From assembly GCA_947497985.1 (NCBI GenBank), contig CANMIX010000013.1, forward strand, positions 23,641 through 87,640: 64,000 nt of DNA, written 5' to 3'. Below are positions 7,312-15,229 of the stretch, piece after piece; within the stretch, counting starts at the first letter, position 1; the number at the start of each line of letters is the position of its first letter. The stretch comes from an uncultured Rhodobacteraceae bacterium (GTDB lineage: Bacteria > Pseudomonadota > Alphaproteobacteria > Rhodobacterales > Rhodobacteraceae). The notes under the pieces were generated by a model. That model made no database searches, was not told where the DNA came from, and saw only the letters and a program-made list of their open reading frames with translations. The position numbers and the translations under genes were made by a program.

Positions 7312-9365
7312 TGTCAAATTCAAAATCTGTTCCCTCCGTTTCCGTCACGTACGCGCAGAACCGCTCTTCCACTACCTCGAACGAGCTGGGCATGCGAAAG
7401 ATGCAAGAGCGCGCCTATGAGATGCGGGGTGAGCAGTATCTGCTAATCAAGTCGCCGCCCGCTTCGGGGAAATCGCGGGCGCTGATGTTCATTGCGCTCG
7501 ACAAGTTACACAATCAGAGTTTGAAACAGGCCATCGTGGTCGTGCCTGAAAAGTCCATCGGGTCGAGTTTTAACGACGAGCCGCTGAGCAAGTTCGGCTT
7601 TTGGGCAGATTGGCAAGTGAAGCCGCAATGGAACCTGTGCAACGCACCTGGCGAGGATGACGGTAAGGTGGGGGCGGTTGGACGGTTCCTTGAGAGTGAT
7701 GGTCAGGTGCTGGTCTGCACCCACGCGACGTTCCGTTTTGCCGTCGATAAATTCGGGATCGAGGCCTTTGACGATCGGGTGATTGCAGTGGATGAATTCC
7801 ACCACGTCTCGGCCAATCCCGACAACAAGCTCGGCGCGCATCTGGGCACGTTCATTGCCCGCGACAAGGTTCATCTGGTTGCGATGACAGGGTCGTATTT
7901 CCGGGGCGACGCCGAAGCCGTCTTGTCGCCCGAGGATGAAGCCCGGTTTGAAACGGTCACCTACACCTATTACGAGCAGCTCAATGGCTATGAGCATCTG
8001 AAGACGCTCGATATCGGCTATTTCTTCTACACAGGGTCCTATGCTGACAGCATTCTGGAGGTTCTGGACCCCGCCGAGAAAACCATCGTCCACATCCCGA
8101 ATGTGAATTCGCGCGAAAGCACCAAAGACAAGCACAAAGAGGTCGAGCATATCATCGACAGCTTGGGTGAGTGGAAGGGGCTTGATCCTGATACCGGTTT
8201 CCAGTTGGTCGAAACGCCCGAAGGCCGCGTGTTGCGCATCGCTGATTTGGTGGATGATGAGGCGGCGAAGCGTGACAAGGTTGCGAGCGCCTTGAAAGAC
8301 CCCGCGCAAAAAAACAACCGCGATCACGTTGACATCATCATCGCGCTCGGGATGGCGAAAGAAGGGTTCGACTGGATCTGGTGTGAGCATGCCTTGACCG
8401 TTGGCTATCGTGCGAGCTTGACCGAGATCGTGCAAATCATCGGCCGCGCGACCCGTGATGCCGAAGGTAAAATGAAGGCGCGCTTCACCAACCTGATCGC
8501 GGAACCCGATGCGGGTGAAGAGGCCGTGACCGAGGCCGTAAACGATACGCTCAAAGCCATAGCGGCAAGTTTGCTGATGGAGCAGGTTCTTGCGCCGCGT
8601 TTCAACTTTACGCCCAAGACACACACGAGCGGACCTGTCGAAGGTTTCGACTACGGTGAAGGCGGCTATGATCCCAATAAAGAGAACGTCGGATTTGATG
8701 CGGCCACAGGGCAAATCCAGATGGAAATCAAAGGCCTTGCTGAACCCAAAAGCGAATTCGCGCGACGTATCTGTGATGAGGACCTGAACGAAGTCATAAC
8801 CGCATTTGTTCAGGACAAAACGACGATTGAACGCGGGCTCTTTGACGACGAGATGGTCCCAGAGGAGCTAACGCAAGTGCGAATGGGCAAGATTGTCGGC
8901 ACCAAGTTTCCAGAACTTAATGCGGAAGACCAAGAAGCCGTACGCCAGCATGCAATCGCGGCTCTGAACCTCACCCAGAAAGCGAAAGAAATCGCACTGT
9001 CAGATGCAGAAGCGGATGAAACTGGCGGCAATACAGCCTTGATTGATGGTGTGCGAAAATTTGCGATGGATGTACGTGAGTTGGATATCGATTTGATCGA
9101 TCGCATCAATCCGTTCGGCGAGGCCTATTCGATCCTTGCGAAAACCATGAGCGAAGATAGCCTCAAACAGGTTCAGGCCGTCATTTCGGCGAAAAAGGTA
9201 AAGCTTTCGCCAGATGAGGCCCGAGACTTGGCCAAACGTGCAGTCAAGTTCAAGCAGGAGCGTGGACGGTTGCCATCGATCACCTCTGCGGATGCCTGGG
9301 AAAAGAAAATGGCTGAAGGCGTCGCCTTCCTTGCGCGCATGAAGCAGGAGGCAGCAAATGTCTAA
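7299..9365 (+). CDS. DEAD/DEAH-box (DExH) superfamily-2 helicase
   Basis: Motif I SPPASGKS, motif II VDEFHH, motif III MTGS, motif VI QIIGRATRD. The start is either TTG 7299 or GTG 7311; the latter overlaps the upstream TAG. Confidence 0.8.
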   Translation: MGRLVSNSKSVPSVSVTYAQNRSSTTSNELGMRKMQERAYEMRGEQYLLIKSPPASGKSRALMFIALDKLHNQSLKQAIVVVPEKSIGSSFNDEPLSKFGFWADWQVKPQWNLCNAPGEDDGKVGAVGRFLESDGQVLVCTHATFRFAVDKFGIEAFDDRVIAVDEFHHVSANPDNKLGAHLGTFIARDKVHLVAMTGSYFRGDAEAVLSPEDEARFETVTYTYYEQLNGYEHLKTLDIGYFFYTGSYADSILEVLDPAEKTIVHIPNVNSRESTKDKHKEVEHIIDSLGEWKGLDPDTGFQLVETPEGRVLRIADLVDDEAAKRDKVASALKDPAQKNNRDHVDIIIALGMAKEGFDWIWCEHALTVGYRASLTEIVQIIGRATRDAEGKMKARFTNLIAEPDAGEEAVTEAVNDTLKAIAASLLMEQVLAPRFNFTPKTHTSGPVEGFDYGEGGYDPNKENVGFDAATGQIQMEIKGLAEPKSEFARRICDEDLNEVITAFVQDKTTIERGLFDDEMVPEELTQVRMGKIVGTKFPELNAEDQEAVRQHAIAALNLTQKAKEIALSDAEADETGGNTALIDGVRKFAMDVRELDIDLIDRINPFGEAYSILAKTMSEDSLKQVQAVISAKKVKLSPDEARDLAKRAVKFKQERGRLPSITSADAWEKKMAEGVAFLARMKQEAANV

Positions 9366-10551
9366 GGGGTTCACCGACGAGGATGATGCGCTGCTCGCGG
9401 AACTTGGTGTTGAAATCGAGACCAAGAAGATTGCCGCACGTACCCCGCGAGAGGAACGTATTATTGCGGGCTTTGAAGAAATCCAGAGGTTTGTAGACAA
9501 GAATGGGCGCGTCCCTGGCCATGGCGACGACAAGGATATCTTTGAACGCCTCTTTGCGACCCGGCTTGAACGGCTGCGTGAACTTGGCGAGGGAAGAGAT
9601 CTGATTTCAGACATGGACCATCAAGGTCTTCTTGCTGCTGAAAACCCGGTCGAAGATACTGCCCTCGAAGATCTTGATGACGATGCATTGCTGGCAGAGC
9701 TTGGCATCGCCGTAGAAGCGCCATCCATTTCGGAACTGAAACACGTTCGCTCCACGTCGGAGAAAAAAGCTGCCGAGGAGGTTGCAGGGCGTGAAAAGTG
9801 TGAAGAATTCGACACCTTTAAACCGCTCTTCGAGCAGATTCAGAAGGAACTGGATTCTGGCTTACGGGAAACGCGTAAGTTTGAGCTTAAGGCTGAGATT
9901 GAACCAGGCCGTTTCTTTATCGTCGGAGGGCAAAAAGCCTACGTCGCGGAAATGGGCGACATAGAGCTTACAGACCACGGCCGAACAGATGCACGCCTGC
10001 GGGTGGTGTTCGACAACGGCACACAAAGCAAGATGCTCATGCGGTCGCTTCAGCGTGCACTCAATGCTGATGGGGATGCCGGGCGCAGGATCACAGAGCC
10101 GAATGCTGGCCCGCTGTTTGCCGACGAAACCGCTGAAGGTGATGAAGCGAGCGGAACCATCTATGTGTTACGAAGCCGTTCAGATCATCCATTGGTCGCC
10201 GCAAACCGAGAGCTTGTTCACAAGATTGGCGTGACGAGCAATGACGTTGAGAAGCGCATTGCGGGCGCGCAGCTTCAGACAACCTTCTTGATGGCCAAGG
10301 TTGATGTTGTAGCAACCTACGATCTCTACAATATCAATCGCAGCAAGTTGGAAACACTTCTGCACCGGATTTTCGCGCCAGCCCAATTGGATATCGAGAT
10401 TCCCGATCGACTTGGTCGCCCGATGAAACCAAGGGAATGGTTCTTAGTGCCTTTGTTCGCCATCGAGGAAGCGGTTGAGCGGATCAAGGACGGCACGATT
10501 TCGCGCTATGTGTATGACCCGAGCAACGCCGCACTAGTTCTGCGAGACTAA
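9358..10551 (+). CDS. T5orf172/GIY-YIG-superfamily domain protein (putative nuclease)
   Basis: ATG overlaps the helicase stop by 8 nt. C-terminal half has GTIYVLRS ... HKIGVTSNDVEKRI ... REWFLVP, typical of T5orf172 (MUG113-like) domains. N-terminal half is acidic, with a duplicated DDALLAELG motif. Confidence 0.7.
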   Translation: MSKGFTDEDDALLAELGVEIETKKIAARTPREERIIAGFEEIQRFVDKNGRVPGHGDDKDIFERLFATRLERLRELGEGRDLISDMDHQGLLAAENPVEDTALEDLDDDALLAELGIAVEAPSISELKHVRSTSEKKAAEEVAGREKCEEFDTFKPLFEQIQKELDSGLRETRKFELKAEIEPGRFFIVGGQKAYVAEMGDIELTDHGRTDARLRVVFDNGTQSKMLMRSLQRALNADGDAGRRITEPNAGPLFADETAEGDEASGTIYVLRSRSDHPLVAANRELVHKIGVTSNDVEKRIAGAQLQTTFLMAKVDVVATYDLYNINRSKLETLLHRIFAPAQLDIEIPDRLGRPMKPREWFLVPLFAIEEAVERIKDGTISRYVYDPSNAALVLRD

Positions 10552-10825
10552 CATAGGTGAATTTTGGGTGGAAACGGCCCTTAGCGGACCTTCGAACGAA
10601 GCGCAGCAGATGACCGCTGTCAGCTCTTTGCAGACCGTGGTGCAAGGCGCAGGATCGCTTGGCGCCGACACGACGGGCACAAAGCGGACGATCGGCACAC
10701 ATCGCAAAAAAATATGTGTTATACGCAGTTAGCGACCTTGGCTTCTCCCCACTAAAGCGGCCACCATCTGCGCCTAGATCAGGTATAGCCAAAAGGCTCT
10801 CAATACAGAGTTTCGGAGTATTATT

Positions 10826-12331
10826 TTGACGCGAATAATTGACTTGGAATTTTCTGCGGCAAGGACTTATCTGGAAAAGCCAGAATGCTATTTCCGGTCA
10901 GACTTCCCCCCGTACATCAGCTTTGAAGCTATCTTAAAGGATACGGCAGCGGTATTGGGCAGTGATACCTACCTTGCCTTCCAAAAGCCAAAGCCCAACC
11001 GTGCCGTTGACATATCTGGTGTCAATTATGAACTTCTGAGCACCAAAGATGGTCGCTTTGCTTGGCGACCGTTCGAGCTTATACACCCAGCAATTTACAT
11101 GACATTGGTTGGGATTTTTTGCGAAGAGGCAAACTGGAAGCTGCTTCAAGAACGGTTCGAGGAGCTTCACTCAGGTATAGTAGAATGCACCAGCTTTCCC
11201 ATGGCGTCAAATGGGGAAGACAAACATGATGCTGTCCAAGTTCGAAATTGGTGGCTGCGATACGAACAGCGCTCGCTAGAGCTATCAATGGACTACACAC
11301 ACCTATTGAAAACGGATGTGTCTAATTGCTACGGGTCACTCTATACGCACAGCATTGCATGGGCTCTGCACGGATACGAGGCCGCCAAGGCAGCCCAGAC
11401 TGACAAGAACCTGCTTGGAAACCAGATCGATTTCCACATTCGCAATAGCCGATATGGTCAGACGAATGGAATCACCCAGGGCTCCGTTCTTATGGATATC
11501 GTCGCTGAGTTGGTTTTGGCGTACGTCGATCACCTGATCACTGATAAGATTGAAGGAGAAAAGGATTTTCATATCCTTCGGTATCGTGACGATTACAGCA
11601 TCTTCACAGTGAATGATCAGCGGGCGTTCGAGATCGTCAGAGTGATTAGCGACTGTCTCAGGAAGGTTGGAATGCAGCTCGGCGCGGCAAAGACTTCGGT
11701 GAACAGCAATATCATTGAAGGCGCTATTAAGCCAGAAAAGCTGGCAGGTGTGCAACTCGAAGACATGGATATCACGCAAGCTAAGACCGTTCAAAAGCAG
11801 CTATTGCGACTACACGCGTTTGCTCGTTTGTATCCCAACACTGGCGCAATCAAGCGGCTAGCGGATGCTGCGTTCCAAAAGATATCGAAGATCACTGAGC
11901 CCCCCGAAGATTTGGGCGTTCAGGTGGCGATTTCTTGTGATATCGCTGTGGTTTCGCCCGGCGCTTTTCCTGCCATATCGGGCATTCTTGCCAAGTTGAT
12001 TTCGCTTGCGCCAGAACCGGATCGCCCGGAGATGTGGGGAAGGGTCGCTGAGAAGATGAAGAGGATACCGCACAACGGTCACCTCGAGGTTTGGCTACAG
12101 CGGGTCACAAAGGCGAAAGGTGTTGAGCTCGCCTTTGCAAGCACCGAGCCGATTTGCGAGATAGTCAACGGTAAAAGTGTTCAGCTGTGGAACAATGACT
12201 GGACTAGCAGTCCCGATCTACTTGCTGCCCTAGATGTTTCCAAGATCGTTGTTAGCAGTCCGGGAGATCTCGACCCAGTTCCGGATACAAGTGAGCTTTC
12301 TCTTTTCCGTGAGTACGCTGAATTCTCCTAG
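10826..12331 (+). CDS. stand-alone reverse transcriptase, Abi/UG (defence-associated) type
   Basis: RT motifs TDVSNCYGSLYTHS, GITQGSVLMDIVAELVL, YRDD (11582-11593) and GAAKTS. About 170-aa helical C-terminal region. TTG start. No endonuclease, maturase-like or Cas domain seen. Confidence 0.75.
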   Translation: MTRIIDLEFSAARTYLEKPECYFRSDFPPYISFEAILKDTAAVLGSDTYLAFQKPKPNRAVDISGVNYELLSTKDGRFAWRPFELIHPAIYMTLVGIFCEEANWKLLQERFEELHSGIVECTSFPMASNGEDKHDAVQVRNWWLRYEQRSLELSMDYTHLLKTDVSNCYGSLYTHSIAWALHGYEAAKAAQTDKNLLGNQIDFHIRNSRYGQTNGITQGSVLMDIVAELVLAYVDHLITDKIEGEKDFHILRYRDDYSIFTVNDQRAFEIVRVISDCLRKVGMQLGAAKTSVNSNIIEGAIKPEKLAGVQLEDMDITQAKTVQKQLLRLHAFARLYPNTGAIKRLADAAFQKISKITEPPEDLGVQVAISCDIAVVSPGAFPAISGILAKLISLAPEPDRPEMWGRVAEKMKRIPHNGHLEVWLQRVTKAKGVELAFASTEPICEIVNGKSVQLWNNDWTSSPDLLAALDVSKIVVSSPGDLDPVPDTSELSLFREYAEFS

Positions 12332-12631
12332 TTATGACGTATGAAAATTGGCTGGCGTTAGCATGTTCGTAGGCCAGTTCCGGAAACCTCATATCTGCAA
12401 GTATAACGGGCGCACCGCTTACTACTCTCCGCCGTATTGTCCAGAAAAATCGGACTGTAACTGTTGGCGTAAGATGATAATGAACCCACGCTCAAGCGCG
12501 CGGGCAATATTTCCCAATTGACTGCACCGGGGTTCAACGGGCCGTTGGCCTGCTCACCCCGATCCAGGCATCATTCTATTTGTTTGGTCCGCCCAACATC
12601 CCTGACCGGGGCGGTCAACCTTAGTCCATCC

Positions 12632-12706
12632 CCAAAATCAGCCACCAATTTCCCCTGTCTCGCAGGCGAGCCATTCCTCGCGCGACAAATTGGCGTCTGA
12701 TTTTGG
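12632..12706. repeat. long imperfect inverted repeat in the non-coding region upstream of ardC
   Basis: ccaaaatcagccaccaattt (12632-12651) pairs with aaattggcgtctgattttgg (12687-12706) at 18 of 20 positions. The loop is 35 nt. Confidence 0.6.
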
Positions 12707-12896
12707 CGCAGACATTTTCTTCGCAAATGTGGCCGATTGACAGCCCCGTTCAGGGCCGTGGGTCGGGCTTTGCCCTCTCCCACTCTGTTCCGCCGAATAC
12801 ATGCGTATTCGGTCAGATCAGGTGGCCGAGGCGCAGCCCATCGGCGGAAGGGGGCGCAAAGCCTCACCCGCGTCACTTTGATCAAGGAGGCCACAA

Positions 12897-13775
12897 ATGG
12901 CACCGAAGTTTGATGTTTATGCCCATGTCACCGAAACCATTATTGCAGAGATTGAGGCAGGCACTCCGCCATGGCGCAAGCCTTGGACTGGGAGCGCGTC
13001 CGGCATTGCCCTGCCGACCCGCCACAACGGGGAGGAGTATCGCGGAATTAACGTCCTGATGCTCTGGATCATGGCGGCCAAGCATGGCCATGTGTCCAGC
13101 CGCTGGATGACTTATAAACAGGCCCAAGAGCTGGGCGGTCAGGTCCGCAAAGGCGAAACGTCGTCGACAGTGGTGAAGTACGGGACGTTCACACGAGAGA
13201 ACGAGTTGGGCATCGAGGAAGAGCTGCCCTATGCGCGCGCCTATCGCGTGTTCAACGCGGATCAGATCGAAGGTTTACCGGAGGATTACTACATCCGGCC
13301 CGAGGCCCCGCGCGACCTTGGGACGGCCGAAGATCCTGAGCTTGAGGCGTTTTTTGGCCGGACAGGGGCGGAGATCCTCACCAGCGACGACCCGCGCGCC
13401 TATTACAGCCCCGCCAAAGATCACATCCATATGCCGCCGATCGCCACGTTTCACGATGCGGCAGGCTACTATGGGACTTTGGCCCATGAGGTGATCCATT
13501 GGACTGGCAGCGAAAAGCGGTTGGAGCGGATCAAGAAATTTGCGAACCGCGAAGCCTATGCCTTTGAAGAGCTGGTGGCGGAAATCGGTGCTTGTTTCCT
13601 TGGGGCTCAGATTGGCGTCGCGCCGGAGTTCGACCAAAGCGCCGCTTATGTTGAAGGTTGGTTGAAAGCGCTCAAAGAGGACAAAAAGGCGATTTTTCGG
13701 GCAGCGTCTGAGGCCCAGAAGGCAGCCGATTTTGTTTTGCAAGCAGCAGGTCAGAGCAAGGAGGTGGCAGCATGA
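12897..13775 (+). CDS. ardC: ArdC-like antirestriction protein (ssDNA-binding N-domain plus zincin metalloprotease)
   Basis: PPWRKPW motif near the N-terminus. HEVIHW (HExxH) in the C-terminal half. AAGGAGG RBS before the ATG. Confidence 0.85.
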   Translation: MAPKFDVYAHVTETIIAEIEAGTPPWRKPWTGSASGIALPTRHNGEEYRGINVLMLWIMAAKHGHVSSRWMTYKQAQELGGQVRKGETSSTVVKYGTFTRENELGIEEELPYARAYRVFNADQIEGLPEDYYIRPEAPRDLGTAEDPELEAFFGRTGAEILTSDDPRAYYSPAKDHIHMPPIATFHDAAGYYGTLAHEVIHWTGSEKRLERIKKFANREAYAFEELVAEIGACFLGAQIGVAPEFDQSAAYVEGWLKALKEDKKAIFRAASEAQKAADFVLQAAGQSKEVAA

Positions 13776-13975
13776 TCCCGGACTATCACAGCGATGATTA
13801 TTCGACAGCACGTCTGGAAGACACTGTCAGCTTGCGAAGTGCCGCCCGTGAGGCCCGCGCAACGCTTTACGCGGTGTTGAACCGGCTGGAGCTGAACGAT
13901 CTGGAGGGCGAGGAGCAGCCCTATATCGACGATTGCCTTGGGGCTCTCGCAATTCTTGAGGAAGCGTTGCGATGA
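13772..13975 (+). CDS. small acidic hypothetical protein (67 aa)
   Basis: ATGA start/stop overlap with ardC. Codon usage matches the backbone. Confidence 0.5.
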   Translation: MIPDYHSDDYSTARLEDTVSLRSAAREARATLYAVLNRLELNDLEGEEQPYIDDCLGALAILEEALR

Positions 13976-14196
13976 CCTTGGCAGGCATCAAGGCAGCAGT
14001 GGACGCGGGCAACCGCGTTCATTGGGTCAACAGCGGGTATGTGGTGACGCGTGATGACCTCGGGCAATACCTCATCACTTTCACGCGAAACGGGTCGGCT
14101 ATCGGTTTGACCAGTTGGGATGGCACCCGCCTGAACGGCAAGCCTGACGAATTTTTCATCGGGGAAAACGCCGAGGTTTGCCATGAAGTATTCTGA
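13972..14196 (+). CDS. small hypothetical protein (74 aa)
   Basis: ATGA overlap with the previous ORF. Same strand and operon. Confidence 0.5.
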   Translation: MTLAGIKAAVDAGNRVHWVNSGYVVTRDDLGQYLITFTRNGSAIGLTSWDGTRLNGKPDEFFIGENAEVCHEVF

Positions 14197-14464
14197 CATC
14201 AGGCAGGCGGCCCGTGAGGGCCGCTCCAGCGTGCATCTTCATGGGTTTTGCAATCTGCCCGATGGCGGGCAGGAGTATTGTGACGATCTGGTGCTGATCG
14301 ATGGCTGGGCGATTTATGTCCGAGTTGAGACCCCGGACGACCCGCAACAGCCCTTTGATCTACACGAGCTGCCCGATCATCAAACCTATGCCAGCGCCGA
14401 AGGCGCGGCCCGCGCAATAGCGCTGCAATTGCTTGGCGATGCTGAGGCGTGGAACCACGATTAG
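14183..14464 (+). CDS. small acidic hypothetical protein (93 aa)
   Basis: Overlaps the previous ORF by 14 nt. Ends 24 nt before the oriT-like structured region. Confidence 0.5.
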   Translation: MKYSDIRQAAREGRSSVHLHGFCNLPDGGQEYCDDLVLIDGWAIYVRVETPDDPQQPFDLHELPDHQTYASAEGAARAIALQLLGDAEAWNHD

Positions 14465-14487
14465 TGGTGCCATGCCTTGCGCATAGG

Positions 14488-14605
14488 GCCGGGCTTTGCC
14501 CGGCGGTCGCAGCCTATGGCTGCTCCAAACGGAATACAGGCAGTTGATGCAATATTATAATATTGAATCAATTATGGCGAAATGCCATAACAGGGCTGCC
14601 TGTAT
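14488..14605. other. candidate oriT / relaxosome assembly region
   Basis: Nested inverted repeats directly upstream of mobC-relaxase. GCCGGGC-ttt-GCCCGGC (14488-14504). GCAGCC-tat-GGCTGC (14509-14523). ATACAGGCAG (14534-14543) pairs with CTGCCTGTAT (14596-14605), and this pair encloses the 16-bp palindrome CAATATTATAATATTG (14550-14565) and TTATGGC-gaaat-GCCATAA (14572-14590). Confidence 0.6.
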
Positions 14606-14638
14606 GATGCTGGCAAGAAATAGGGGTGATTACTTCAC

Positions 14639-15229
14639 ATGGGCCGACCGCGCGCACCACGGCACAAGCGACTGACGCAAAATCAACGTTTTGCCATCGT
14701 GCGCAAGCGTGCCGAAGGGGTGCCGATCGAGGATCTGGCCCGTGAATTCGGGGTAACGACCCGCAGCATCTTCTACACATTGAAGGCCGATCAAAGCCGC
14801 AAGCTTGATGCGCGCGTGCGCTCTGAACTGGTGAATGTCCGGCTCACGCCAAAGGAGCTTGCGAGCTTTGATGCGGTGCTGACGCGGCATGATATCACCA
14901 ACCGCGCCGAGGGGCTGAGGCGGCTGATCCATGCCTCAAACGATCTCTTTGTTCCCGACGATGAACTGGCCAATCAGATGCAGGGGCTCTCGGCCTCGCT
15001 CAATCGCACCGGCAACAACATCAACCAGATCGCGCAGCGCCTGAACGAGGCAAAGCGCCAGGGCAAGACGCCGCCTTATGGCAATTCTGCCCATGGTCAG
15101 GTGCGCGCTTTGGCCGGGCTGATCTTCGACATCGCGGACCAGGTCCAAGACATGGCGCAGCGCCGCCGAAGCGCGCTGTCTGGCGAGGTTGCCCGCGTTC
15201 TGGGAGGCTTTGCCGATGGCCCGGAATAG
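14639..15229 (+). CDS. mobC: MobC-type relaxosome accessory protein with N-terminal HTH
   Basis: RLTPKELASFDAVL ... RAEGLRRLI and NNINQIAQRLN motifs, typical of MobC-family mobilisation proteins. Overlaps the relaxase start. Confidence 0.75.
   Translation: MGRPRAPRHKRLTQNQRFAIVRKRAEGVPIEDLAREFGVTTRSIFYTLKADQSRKLDARVRSELVNVRLTPKELASFDAVLTRHDITNRAEGLRRLIHASNDLFVPDDELANQMQGLSASLNRTGNNINQIAQRLNEAKRQGKTPPYGNSAHGQVRALAGLIFDIADQVQDMAQRRRSALSGEVARVLGGFADGPE

Noticed and set aside
7506-8714. 402-aa minus-strand ORF
   Set aside because: Lies entirely antisense to the helicase gene that carries all SF2 motifs. No motif of its own.
10552-12896. Retron (msr/msd) or group II intron context for the reverse transcriptase
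   Set aside because: I could not find retron-type flanking a1/a2 inverted repeats with a conserved branching G context. I also found no group II intron GUGYG 5-prime end, domain V-like hairpin or maturase/En domains. This rejection is by eye only and should be rechecked with covariance models.
12518-13059. Short ORFs (60, 110 and 118 aa) in the region upstream of ardC
   Set aside because: They overlap each other on both strands, have no motifs, and one runs into ardC out of frame. Treated as non-coding.
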